In this document: positions 1 through 13,200 of the stretch, in pieces
Position numbering within the stretch: position 1 is the first letter of the stretch
Layout of the letters: each line of letters opens with the position of its first letter
Assembly: GCA_965287045.1 (NCBI GenBank)
Contig: OZ336873.1
Coordinates: forward strand, 113,398,001 to 113,462,000
Origin: Carcharhinus amblyrhynchos
Lineage: Eukaryota
Direction of reading: 5' to 3'
Length of the DNA stretch: 64,000 nt
The notes under the pieces: model-generated
Told to the model about the DNA's origin: nothing
Database searches by the model: none
The model's input: only the letters and a program-made list of their open reading frames with translations
Translations under genes and position numbers: made by a program

Positions 1-833
1 AAGTGCCAAAATAAACATTTATCTCCTCTCTCTCTCTCTGTCTTCCTCTGCCGTCTTCCCACATTAGTTTCATGTCTGGTATTAGATTAAATGCACATGT
101 ATTTTCATTTGACCAATGTCTCAATTCTGACTATTAGAAAAAGTAGACCATTACTGGTTTCCCAATGTATGAAGGAATTGTGAATGACAATATACTACGG
201 AAAGAAGACGACTGCCTTGGGATGTAACTAGTCTATTGAGAAAATATGGTGAACCTCTTAAAGAACCTAGGAGCATATGAAAACATCCTCTCAAAAGTGG
301 TCTTTTGGATATTTTTGCAGTAAACTTTTCATTGTAAAATAAATATTAACCAGTAATTTATATCTGAAAACTATTGTGGGTATTGGCATTAGTCAAAATC
401 ATAAATTTGCCTTGGTATGAAAACTCAAGTTATTGATATCAGTTGTCTTGGATTAAGGCCAGAATTTTACAGACCTACCTGCCACAGGAATTGGAATGGT
501 GAGAGACAGACCATGGAAAGGTCCGTTTACCTCTGGTGGGATTTTACGGTTTCCGAACGAGTGAGGCTCTAAAATCCCAACCTAAGCATTTGTGGTTTAC
601 TTGAGTCAATCACTACCTATATCTAGAAACAGGAATTGCCCATTTACCCTTCCAGCCTATTTCAGTATTGTGAGGGCGTGACTAATATGTGAACTAACTC
701 CACATATTTGATTTTTGCCTCACGTCCTTGAAAAGCTTTGATTAACAAAAATATCCAAATTCCAAACTTTGACTCTCTAGAAAAAATGTACAGTGATTGG
801 AAAAGTTTGCGAAATCCTGGCTTAATTTCTTTG

Positions 834-1035
834 TAAAGTTTGTTTATTAGTCAAAAGCAAGGCTTACGTTAACACTGCGATGAAGTTACTGTTCCGGTCG
901 GTGCCCCTAAACCGCATATCTTTCAGACTGGGAGGAAATCCACGCAGCCAACGTGCAAACTCTGCACACTGTGACTCAAACCTGCGTCCCTGGCGCTATG
1001 AGGCTGCAATGCTAGCCATTGTGCTAATATGCCAC
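834..1035 (-). mobile_element. V-SINE, alternative tail
   Basis: Matches the family by eye. Further partial copies at ~1578-1797, ~3650-3722 and ~4590-4803 (all -). Confidence 0.75.
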
Positions 1036-2099
1036 CTCATGCTATCTATTAAACTTCTATCCACATATCTTGCAATACTCCCTAGGCTAATGCTGCAAAA
1101 CACATGTTTATGTTGGTAACTTTTTAGCTAGAGGCTAAGTTTGTCTCTGTCACCCTGCTTTTTTCAGGGCGGGCATAATAACAAAGTACATTTTTGGAGA
1201 AGTAAGATATCCGTTTTCATAATGAACGTGATGCCAAAATAATGAGTATTTTTAAATAGTATAATTACTGCAAATGCCAGGGACAGCCTCTCAGGCACAG
1301 GCTGTCACACCTCGTTAAAAGTCAGAGAGCTCAAAATAGGATAGTTTAAATTCTCTTTCTGACCAGCAGAGGTTGGATACCATTGCAGCCAAGTAAATCT
1401 CACATTGAAATATACACTTGTCCTGTTGGCATTCTTCACACTTCCACGATGTATGTCATCTGTAGCTATTGCACAAAGCATTTCTCTGGAAACTCGGGGC
1501 GTTTGAGGTCAGTGAATGAGCGGTATGAATCGGTCAGCTAGATGCCTGAACGATAGGGCAACTACTGGGACAAATCTAGTGCAGAAGGAGGCCTTCCCTA
1601 ACTATACGCATCTACCATCCACTAGTATCTGCACATCTTTGGACGCCAAGGGGTAATTTAGCACAATCCATCCACTTATCCTGGGAGAAGAAACCAGAGC
1701 ACCTGGAAGAAACACCAGTCACCCAAGGACGAAATTGAACCCAGGTCCCCGGCACTGAGAGCCAGGAGTGTTAACTAACCATTGTGCCGCCGTGCCATCT
1801 TCTCGGCTTCTGTGATCTTATTGTCTAGCTTTTGCTTTAAGGTACACTGTATTTTCCTATTTGTCGTTCTTACTGTGTTGTGGCGCAATCAATTAAAATA
1901 CTATAGGAATCAAATGAAAAGTTAAAAATAAATGAATGCGGTTTGTAATTGAATTTTAAATTGTTTCATCTATTCACATCACATGGAAAATCCAACTTCT
2001 TTAAAGTCGCTTGCGTAAATTATAGCCTAGTACTTACAAAATCTTGGCACCAATTATCATTTAAAAATGCATTTCCAATCAAAGCTTGGCTGGTTTGAT

Positions 2100-2545
2100 A
2101 CTATAGCAGAACCGGGTAGGGAAGAAGTGGCGGGGTGGTGGGGAGGGAGGGAGGGGGAGGTTTCAGGATTCGAGGTCTGACTAAGAACCTTGCTTTATTG
2201 AAGGATTTATTGACATTAGGATATGTACTAAGCTGCTCTATCTAATGACCCGCCGGAGGAGGAATCTAATACAAAGTTGTGTCTTGGTGGGAAGTTCTGT
2301 GTCGGGGAAAAGTGCCAGGTTGATAAGGATAATCTATTGTTCATTTGCCAACTGTGTTACATCAGAACTAGAGACGCGATGAACAATCGATGAAACGATA
2401 AGTCGACAAGTTAGCACATCTCGAAACCGGTTATTTAGAAAATGAGTGAAACTGTCTCCGAGGTTGATTCGAAGTGTAGTGTGTAGTTCAGATGAACTAC
2501 AGTGCTGGGAGGGAGTGGAAGCTATTTATATCCTGTGTGAGTTTA
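2100..2545 (+). promoter_or_regulatory. Candidate il13ra2 promoter
   Basis: G-rich Sp/G4-like tract at ~2130-2160, IRF-like GAGTGAAACT at ~2444-2453, TATA-like box at 2523-2530, and more CpG than the flanks. Confidence 0.4.
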
Positions 2546-2592
2546 GTCAGATAGACAGACCGACAACACCACAGAGGAACCAACAACACCAG
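2545..2592 (+). other. il13ra2: Probable non-coding first exon of il13ra2
   Basis: TATA-like TATTTATA at 2523-2530 and a strong donor CAG|GTGAGC at 2592/2593 in a locally CpG-retaining, repeat-free region. The start position is an estimate. Confidence 0.5.
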
Positions 2593-5327
2593 GTGAGCGG
2601 TGCTCGGAATACGGGCTTCTGATTTTAACGGATTCACGCGTTGATTCGTTTCTACTTTTTAATTCCCTTGCCACATACTCGGAGAAGTGGAATCCACTCA
2701 ATAGTTGTCCCCATTGTAAATATGTTGGATTATTTTTCTGGGACTCTGAGTTGTGATGACATTTCAAAGCTCAAGGTCAGCCATGTATTGAACATTCGGT
2801 GTATGGATCGCCAAGGAGATGCACGTGGTCTGTGATTTAACACTAAACGGTGTTTAGCATCTCCCCCTCTTTTCTGTATAATATATGTTTATTACGGGGA
2901 ATCACTCACTTGGGAGCACAGGTGACTTCTGTAACGTTAATATTTTGTGTGTGTGCGAAATAGTTAATCGGATGATAGCTGAAGACAGGAGATTATATAT
3001 ATATATATACATCGTTTCAATAAATTATACAATGTAGATAATGTGGAAGTGCAGGCAGTTATTTATCAGCATAATTTCCGAACAATTTGTGAAACGCAAG
3101 AATGGTTTCTCACTTTCTGCTGCGGTGTTTAAGGTCAGGTACATATTAATAGGGTCATTGGGGTTTTCCACAATTTCCAACAATTACCGCTTTCTCTGAG
3201 TCATCTCATTGAATAATTTGTTTTGTGACTGTTCAACAACATGGGGTGTCTTCCGAGAAAGTAATTGGCCTGATCTGCCCTCGAGGTGAGGTTCCGCACC
3301 ATAATCTTTTAGACACGATTAATCCCGTTTGGGTCTCTGCGGCGCCTCTGGCAGTGCCATAGCTCCGGGGAATGCCTGGCTCAAAGCTTGGACACATTCC
3401 AAGCGAGTGAAATGGCAATGGGACCAGACAGAAAAACAATCGGTGCTCTGTAGAGATCAGAAATCTGAAAACGTAGATATTAAAGCTTCCCCACCCACCA
3501 ATAGTACCTCTCTTTCACCAGTTTATCTGAAAGACACGTTCTATCATGAGCTATCACCAATATCTGAACTAATCCAGTATCTCGTAAAATATAATTTTGC
3601 TTACTTGTTTCAGTAGAGGAATACTTCTCTCTTAGAAGCAAAATCTTTAAAGGTAAAGTTTATTTATTAGTCTCAAGTAAGGTTTACATTAACACTGCAA
3701 TGAAGTTACTGTGAAATTCCCCTCCAGTGGTATAACTTCCAGTGGTGTGACTTCACCAGTATTCAAGATAGAATCTCCCTGACTGCCTTACATAATTACA
3801 TCCAGTGGTGTAGTAGGTTCTAAGGGAACTTTACATCTCTACTATTGTTTTGGATTTATCACTGGTTTCTTTTCTGAGGAATGCTTAGACAATCCTACTA
3901 CAATTGGCTTTCTTTTAAGCTTCCAACATGTCCTGCTTTACCACAATTAAAGCATAAATTTTTCCCTTTATCTCTCTTTTTTGGTTTGTTTCCTCAGTTT
4001 GTACCAATGCGAAGACCACAACAGCCCCGCCCCATTCCGCAGCATTATCTTTCACTTGTTTTTCAGTTTTGCTTTCACTGAACATTTTCCTTTGTTCCCC
4101 TATTTGCTGTCTTATCTTTATGCCACTCCATGATGTGGTGATGCCAGAGTTGGACTGGGGTAGTCACAGTAAGAAGTCTCACAGCATCAGGTTTATTTGG
4201 TAGCATGAGCTTTCAAAGTACTGTATCTTCATCAGGTGAATGATGATGGGGCAGCACACCTTCATCACTCACTTGAAAAGTACCTTATTTAGTCCTTAGT
4301 GCCACCATTAACACTCTCTTTATATTGCACCTATGTTAATCCCTCCTTAGCTCTGACCTATCCCTGGGCATCCATTCTGCCTTCCTCCCCCTCCTCTCCA
4401 ATCATTTAATTCATCACATTTCTACCGCAGTTCAGTTCTGAGGAAGAGTCATAAGAGGAAAACTTCAAACATTAACTGTTTCTTTCTCCATAGGTGTAGC
4501 CAGACCTGCTGAGTTTATCCAGCATTTTTAGTTTTTGTTACAAATTTCTTTACAATGTTTTTATCTTCAACGTTATCACCCTTATTAATCATAGAATCCA
4601 ACAGTGCAGAAGGAAGCCATTCGGCCCATCAAGTTTGTACTGACCACAATTCCACCCAGGCCCTATCCCCATAAACACGTGCATTTACTCTGGCTAGGCT
4701 CCCTGACACTAAGGGGGCAATTTAGCACAGCCAATCCACCGAACCCACACATCTTTGGATTGTGGGAGGAAACTGGAGTACCCAGAAGAAACCCACACAG
4801 ACAGTTTCAGTCCTCCCTTAATGCCAGAATCTTTTCCAAATTTCTGATTCTTCCAGATATGAGTCCATAAATGGAGATTAAGGCTCTCTGTTGTCTCTGT
4901 AAGATAGCATATCCATTAGCTAAAAATGCAGCTTCCCATGTTTTAGAAACTTTTGGGTCCTCCAAATGTGACTTAATAGATACTGGAATGCTGTTCCTAA
5001 ATTCTTCCAGGATCATGACCTTCCTCGCCTTCCCCCCCACCCCCCCCCCCCCCCGCATTTTTAGAAGTCTAAGCTGATTTTATTGAATGGTTGAATGGTC
5101 GTACCCATGACATCTCTTTATCTCCAAAATATTCTACAAATGTCTAATTCCGTTTTTCCTGGTAGTCCAAAATCTTAATTGTTATGCCTTAAGAACTAGT
5201 TTATATGGATTAAGTACCATGTTTTTAATTATCTCAGAATCTGAGGGTTGCTTTTCAAAAATACTCAAATAAAGATCTGTTGCTTTGCCCACCAAACACT
5301 TCTCAAAGTCTAAGGCAATGTTCACTT

Positions 5328-5629
5328 GGGTGTGAGGGCGATCTGGCTGCGACATCTGTTACTCTATCGATCGCTAGGGTTGATTCGGCTGATCTGGCTA
5401 GCTAGGCGGGTGTCCCCCTTCCCTCACAGCTCCATGTGCGTCCCTCCCGAAACTCAGCGCTCAGTCACAGAGGATGACCCCCTAGAAAAGGACTGCTCCA
5501 TCAGTCTAGGGTATATGACGTAGCTACACTCCCCTACTAGGCTAAACCTCCAACACCATTTGTAGGATGATGTAGGGAGTCAAGCTCCAAGACTTCAGAC
5601 ACTTGGGCCACTGTAATTGCAGCAGTTTT
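5328..5629 (+). ncRNA. RN7SK: 7SK snRNA copy, probably a pseudogene/retrocopy, in il13ra2 intron 1
   Basis: GGGTGTGAGGGCGATCTGGCTGCGACATCTG...GGGTTGATTCGGCTGATCTGGCT...CCATGTGCGTCCCTCCCGAA...CCATTTGTAGGA...GTCAAGCTCCAAGACTTCAGACAC follows vertebrate 7SK colinearly. It shows CpG decay, a degenerate 3' hairpin and no upstream TATA. Confidence 0.9.
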
Positions 5630-7124
5630 CCCAAAAGAGGCAAAACATCTTAATATTCTGGTGGCAAAATCTGACTAGAATTTGAAATTGATAGTGAATT
5701 GTAATCCTTGCCAGAAGTATTTTGACCAGACCGTGATGCTTGCACTGGGAGAATAAGCTGTGAGTTGTGAGATTTGAATGCATTCTGGTCTTGCCCAGAT
5801 TTGATGGAGCAATAGCAGCTGCAGTCATAGCCAGAGAGACATGTGCAGTTTCATGTTAGGGCACAGATTCCTTTCCATCATTGTCAAACTCGAACACCAT
5901 TAGCTTGCCTCCAGCTGTATCCGTCCCTGCAACAGCACAGCTCAGGACATCCTGTAGTGCAAGTGTTACATTACTCTGATACAAAACTCTGATACTGAGG
6001 CTTACTCCTTTGGAGGGAGGGTAATAAATGGTTGAATTCATGACAGCACAATTCCCCAAGATAATCTGAAAGGTATGCCACAGACAAAATCAAATTATTC
6101 AAAACTGAATGGTTTCCTTGACCACAAAGTTGTGGATGCAGAAGATCAAGCCAAGGATAGGCTATACAGAATAAACCACTTTGGTTTGTCTGAATCTAAC
6201 CAGAGGGATCTGGAAGTTATGACATTAGACGATCAATGTGAAAGTTAATTTTAGAATATGCAGCTTTGAGCTCATGTGATATAGATAGAAAACAATGATT
6301 GATGATTTTGTCAGTAGAGACAAAAGAAAAGAGATAAATGGAAAGAATGCAATTTTATGGATACAGCATTCTCTTGGAATGCACTATGGAGTTGGTCATC
6401 ATCTCTACTCCCCTGGAGACACTCTGGAAAGACCTACTGGAAAAGCTGCAAAGAACTTGTTACAGAACAGGCATTGATATGAGGCCTTTGTAGCAGGGGA
6501 ATGATGTTTGCGAGCCATAGGGTGTGGAATGACTGTTGGCACAACATCCGTGGCAGTCATGCTAAAGATACAGCACTTTACCAGACCGTCACCTCACAAA
6601 TGAGGTGGTCCATGATAACAGATCAGATAGATTGCATTCTATAAAATTGCATTTTCAACAATAAGGCTTAGAAATAATGAGCAGAGAAATGTTGCAACAT
6701 TTGTCTTAAAGATTTAACTTTTGAATATTGCTTTGTGTGGGTGCGGCAATTTGAATATTATAGTTGCTTATCCCAAGTCTAAACACTAACAAAGTCCAAA
6801 CTAACTTTGCCTAAAATGGTCATTAAAAAATTGAAAATATCAAAGCAAAGTAACTTTGAATTGTGCAATAAATATTTTAATAATATTCAACACAAGCAAA
6901 AGCACATACATGTAATGCCCATTTCATGTAACAGAATTGCATAAACAATCCAAAATTTTATTTTAAATGTTCTACTCTTTAGGCATACACTGATGTTGCT
7001 TTTTAAAATTAGAAATGAATTATTAAGTTTATAATACTGGATAGCAAATTGGCAGTATCATGTTTGGATTTATGCATGTTTTTCTTATTTGAGGTAACAG
7101 AGCTGTTCTTGCAGACACTGAACC

Positions 7125-7200
7125 ATGAATCGGAACAATATTGCTGCTTTTTTTGCTGTAATTCTCTGGCTAAGTGCTGCATCAGAGACGTTAACTTCAG
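7125..7200 (+). CDS. il13ra2: il13ra2 coding exon 1 (exon 2), signal peptide MNRNNIAAFFAVILWLSAASETLTS
   Basis: Acceptor TTCTTGCAG| at 7114, Kozak-like AACCATG, hydrophobic core, phase-1 donor CAG|GTATGA. Confidence 0.85.
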
Positions 7201-10200
7201 GTATGACCTCAAGAAGCAGATGGTGTACACTTGCTAAAATGTGTTCTTCAGTTATGTAACTTCTCAAAATCTTTTGATTCAGAGTTCCTCTTTTCAAAGC
7301 CTCTATTTTGTTCCAGTTGATCCACCAGCTGACCTACAGGTCACAGACCTGGGCCACCTGGGTCCACTTCAGATCCGTTGGAAAGCTCCACTAAGTTTAA
7401 CCAGCAAGAAGTTGTGTGCAGTCCGCTACATGTTGTCCTATTGCAATGTGGATTCAACAAATTGTAAGGTAAATGAACTCATTGAATATGAGTTTTACCA
7501 AAACATAGAGGAGGATTTTCCACACCACCACCACCACCAACCCCCCCACAGTGTGGTCACCGGCAGGACTGGAGAAGATGTCTGTGGTGTTTTGCATGGC
7601 TCACCTGTCCTGATGCTTGGGAATCCCTCTTGAGGGAATCGTCTTTGGCAGGACTGGAAGATCCTGTGGTGGGCAGGGCTGGAAAATCCCTCTCTAAAAT
7701 GCTGTTACCATTTCCATTACAAGAAAGTAAATTTTGATCAGTGTACAAAACCAAAAGGGATTGAAATCAGAATTAGCTTTGGAAGTTAACTAGCCAGAAG
7801 GCCACCCCCATCATAATAGCATAAGAGTGGCATTTTTCTCACATCTGCGCTATTCTATTGCCGTATGGAGTATAATAGACTCCATTGGAAAGTATGGTAC
7901 ATCTCTCTGGAGGACACGAGTGCCATTCCTTGGTTGATCCACCAGGAACCAACCTTGAGAAATGTCAATGAGGTAAATGTAATTACTTCAGTCTTTATTT
8001 TTATCACAAGACCAGTTGAAATTATTGAAACCTGCACTTGGGAAAGCTTTGCACAGAAGTCAATCAATTCTATTGATTAATTTCAACGTGATACTTTGGA
8101 TAGAAACCTGAGCAGTTTCCATTGTTATCTTATTTGTAACATTCTTAAATTAATGAAGTTTCCCTTATCAATATCAGGGTGCTTTATGTTCAGTATTTGT
8201 TCGGCAACATTATGTGAGATGGAAAAATCAAGCCACCTTCATTTGAAAAGGGCTTAGATTATGAACGATGTGAGAGAGCACAACTGGTATTGAAGTACTT
8301 TGTATCTTGTGCATTTTCCCCATCTTTTTAAAAATTTTCCTGCTCCTGTACTGGCTGCTTCCCTGTGGTTACAGTTTTCTCCAATCAGCTAAGGTCCAGT
8401 CCACATGCTTGTGTGATGTAAAAGATCCCATGGTACTAGTTTGAAGGGGAACAGGGGATTGACTCTGCTATCCTGACCAATCTTTATTCCTCAATCACTA
8501 AAACAGATTATCGATCATTTCCCATTCCTGTTTGTTGCATATATTGGCTGCTGCATTGGCTGCAAAGGACATACGATATTGATGAAAGAAGCTATATAAA
8601 TGCAAGTCTTTTTTTTGAGTGCTGCTGACAGTTCCTTTTTCAGGCCATTGTTGTAACAGCACATGCATCAAATGGAGGACTGGCACATGTGACTTACTTA
8701 TCTATCTTTTCTGAAAACAGCATTTTGAAACAGGGGTGCAGTGAGTGAAAGGCCAGCTCTTTTGCTTTTGGGTGAATGGTCAAGAATAATGGGATGAAAA
8801 CTGCCCTCCTCTAATGTTCTATGTGAAATGAATACAGGTACTCTCAAACCAATTCTAGTGGTCTTGAGTTCACAATTCAAAATAGCAACTGGAGTACTGT
8901 GTGCATTTTTGGGCGCCGCACCTGCGCAAAGATATTTTGGCCTTGGAGGGAGTGCAGAGGAGGTTTACTAGGCTGATACTGGAGTTGAGGGGGTTGAGCT
9001 ATGAGGAGAGGCTGAATAAACTGGGCTTGTACTCGTTAGAGTTTAGAAGAATGAGAGGAGATCTCATTGAGACGTATAAGATGATGAATGGGATGGATAG
9101 GATAGAGGTGGAAAGACTCTTCCCGCTCAAAAAAGACAATAGGACTAGGGGGCACAGCCTCAAGATAAAAGGGGGGCGGTTTAGAACGGAGTTGAGGAGG
9201 AACTTCTTCACTCAAAGGGTGGTGAATCTCTGGAATTCTCTGCCCGTTGAAGTGGTGGAGGCTGCCTCGCTAAATATTTTTAAGACGCGGGTTGATGGGT
9301 TTTTGATAGGAGAGGGGATTAAGGGTTATGGGGAGAGGGCGGGAAAGTGGAACTGAGCAGTGACAGATCAGCCATGATCTTATTGAATGGCGGGGCAGGC
9401 TCGAAGGGCTGGATGGCCTACTCCTGCTCCTATTTCTTATGTTCTTATGTTCTTAAAACTAATCCTAATGTATGGAATTTTGATAGTCACGTTGGTGCAA
9501 TGAATGGTTTGCTTAAGAGATTGAGGCTAAGGAACTAGTTAGGTTGGCTAGAGTAAATGTTGGACTCTTACAAGGCGAGAAGGGGGATTAATAATGGGAA
9601 ACGAGGAAATGGCCAAGGCTTTAAACAAGTTTGTTGTGTCTGTCTTCACAGTGGAGGATACAAATAGCACACCAATAATTGATGGTCATGGGGCTGTAGG
9701 GGGTGAGGACATTGAAATGATCAATATTACTAAAACTGCAGTGCTGGGTAGAGTAATGGGACTAAAGGTAGACAAGTCCCCTGGTCTGGATGGAATGCAT
9801 CCCAGGGTACTAAAAGAAATGGCAGAAGTAATAGCAAATGCATTAGTTGTATTTTATCAAAATTTGCTGGACTCTGTGGAAGTGCCGGCTGATTGGAAAA
9901 CAGCTAATGTAACACCACTGTTTAAAACAGGAGGTAGACCAAAGGCAGGTAACTACAGGCCAGTTAGCTTAATACCTGTAGTTGGGAACATGCTGGAATC
10001 TATCATTAATGAAGAAATAGCAGGACACTTGGAAAAGAATGGTTCAATCAAGCAGATACAGCATGGATTCGTGAATTCTTTATTAAATGTAAAACACAGT
10101 GAGACTATGAAGTGAGTAAAAAAAGTAAACTATTCAGCTGGATAAACTTGTGTCATATTTGGAAAAGTTTGGGTAATAGAAGCTGTCTATGTTATAGCTC

Positions 10201-13200
10201 ACATAGGGCTATTTTGTGTTGACTGTGGATGAGCAAATTGGAAAATAAAATTGTTGATTCCCTCTTACTTAGTGTTCCTCATCTTGGAAAAAAATGACAA
10301 TAAATCCTCCATCTGTTTTAGATCCTTCCTCTCCCTAAAGAATAATTTGATTGAAATTCTAGTTTAAACAAAGAAATGAACTTTTGGGAACAGTAAATTC
10401 AAATGTCCTATCTATTGTGTAAAGTGTTGAATGGGGATATTTTTATCTTTGATGGATTTGTTTCTTCTGATAGCGTGTAATCACCAAACAACTGGAATAC
10501 ACAGATGGATTTAACCTCAACAAGGGAATACAAGTGAAACTCCAGACACTCGTGAAAGAACAATGCACAAATGGAACTGAGCAACAAAGTGACTGGGTTG
10601 AAACAGTATACTGGCCACCCATGGATGGTAAATCACCACATGCAGAAGATATCTTGTTTCAATTTTCTCCTGTGCCTTTGTAAAGTGATAAATGGCAATG
10701 ATAGTTACCAATTATAAAATACTTCTTTTATATTTCTAGGCAAGTAACTTGAAATGCTGGAAAATCTCAGCAGGTCTGGCAACATCGCTAAGGAGAGAAA
10801 AGAGCTGATGTTTCGAGTCTAGATCATACTTTGTCAAAGAATGGACATTTGAATTTATTATTCCCATGATTTCATTTCTTTGTTTAAACTAGAATTTCAG
10901 TTAAATTATTCTTCGGGGAGAGGAGGGATCTAAAACAGATGGAGGATTTATTTTCATTCTTTTTCCAAGAAGTGAGAGGGAATTAACAGTTTTATTTTCC
11001 AATTTGCTCACCCACAGTCAGTACAAAATAGCCCTATGTGACCTATAGCATAGCCAGAGCTTTGACAAAGGGTCATCTGGACTCGAAACATCTGCTCTTT
11101 TCTCCCCTTACAGATGCTGCCAGAACTGCTGAGATTTTCCAGCATTTTCTGTTTTGGCTTCAGATTCCAACATCCGTAGTAATTTGCTTTTAACTTGAAA
11201 TACTGGATTTATATTCACATGTTTCCAATTCCCTTAATAAACAAGTAAAATAAACGCGGCCCTTTCAGTGAATAGAGAAGGCAGCTCACTAGCTCCTTCT
11301 TAAGGACAGCTAGCAATAGACAATAGATGCTGGCCTTACCCATGATACCTGCATCCCAAAAATGTTTTATTTCAAACCATGAATTCAACTGCTTTTGCAT
11401 CGCACTAAGTTCGATAACCTGTAGTACCTTGAATATACTCATTCAGGAGTCCTTTCTCACCAAACTGGCAATAGTCATGGACCAGCACAGCTGTAGCAGA
11501 AGGCCAGTTTATATCCCTCATTAACTGTAACTGGCAGAAACCAGCTCCTCTGAAGTGTAAAGCTGACTGCTAAAACTGCCCAGATGCTGTGAAAATTGGG
11601 AAGGTCACCACAAACTGCAACATAGATAATAAAATTTGAACATGCTCCATGATTAACATTAGTGTGCAATTGCTAGTTGTGCTGCTCCCAATTATAGACA
11701 GAGGTTGGAAAACTGAACATGGCAGACCAGCAGAGCTGAATCAAGGCACACACCAGGGAAGTTGATGACACGTGTATATAAATTAAAGAGGAGAAGAGGT
11801 CAATATATGTTGAAATGATGAGATGCACTGTGGTTTTTGCATCTGTGCATCGTTGTAAACTCCTGGTATTAGACTCAAGCCAATGCAGTGTCACACAGCA
11901 CTAGATAGTTTAGATAAAACAAGGAAGAGTAACAGTAAATCTGAGGTTTCTATTCAGATGTTACTGTGATGTTTGTTCTGATTGATATGAATGTAGTGCT
12001 AAATGAGTCATCGAGGCTGTACTCACTAGGATGCAACAAAATCTTAAACACGGATTGGTTCTGCCAGGCTTTAAGTTTTGTCATTTGGATGGTGCCAATC
12101 TGGGAGTAGATATCATGAGCTCCTTACACTTAAGCTTGAAATAAGAGTGGAGTGAGAAGGGAGTGGAAGTTTATTAATATGGTTGACTATGGACAAAAAT
12201 AGCTTATTTCTACGTTACTTTTATCTGCCCTATTCATCTTCCTCTTTGACTATCCAAGTCGAAAATTACCAAAGTGGCAGTCTTTGGACTTGCAACACAA
12301 GTCGTTCGTGGAAACCATTTCATAAGTCAAAGCCGTTATATGTCGGAACCGATGTTTCCTACAGGGAAAAAATGTTAAAAATGGGAGATTAGTTCTGTCG
12401 GCAGGGCAAGGCAGATTGCAACCCCAGGCCCAATTTGCCCAAAAGTGCTGAATTGACGAGAAAACTGGTGGAACTCATGACTATTTTTTCACTTAAACTT
12501 CAGACCAAATATCCGCACTCTGTGCAATGCAGAGGTCACAATTGTGAATGTTATTAAAAGTTTGGAGGATGGGGCCTATTCGCATGGAGTCTGACAGTAC
12601 CGTATGTGCAGTGGCCCCAATCTGTCAGATCACAGTTGCTGGCCAACTTGTTCAATGGCCAGCCTTGGATTCTGACAACGCTGCTCCCCAACTACCCCCA
12701 GGGCTCGATCACGGCCCCCAGGGGCATTCCCTGGCCAGCCTCAACTCTTTCCCTCCCCCCTCCAAGTTAGAGCACAATGATCTCCAGTACACTGCCTACT
12801 CCCCCCAGCAGACCACCCCTGCGGGAAGCAGACCACCCCCCAATCCCGTCCCCCACAGACTACCATCCCCCAGCCCACCCTGATCGCTGGCCTCCCTCCA
12901 ACCCTGACCAATCCTAATGCAGACTGGCAGTGGAACTCCACACCCCCACCAATCACCCACAATAGGCCCTGCCCCCTTAGAACTGCCCACAATAGGCCCC
13001 TCCCCTTTCTCCTGCCCCCTTCTCAGGCTCCATCCCCTGGTCCTACCCCCTACACTGCTCCCCAAGTTGCCCTCTGTGCATGATTACTTTTCCCCTTGGG
13101 CAGTGCAGGGGGCACCATCCCCTGCTGCCCAATCACTGGCAGCCCCAATTACTCCCCCCCCCACCTTCACTCTGGCGGTGTCTCCTGCTAGTTTTCCGCA

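Noticed and set aside
6983-7093. Additional AG...GT-bounded exon upstream of the signal-peptide exon
   Set aside because: It would leave a 21-nt intron before the 7115 acceptor; at most an alternative acceptor.
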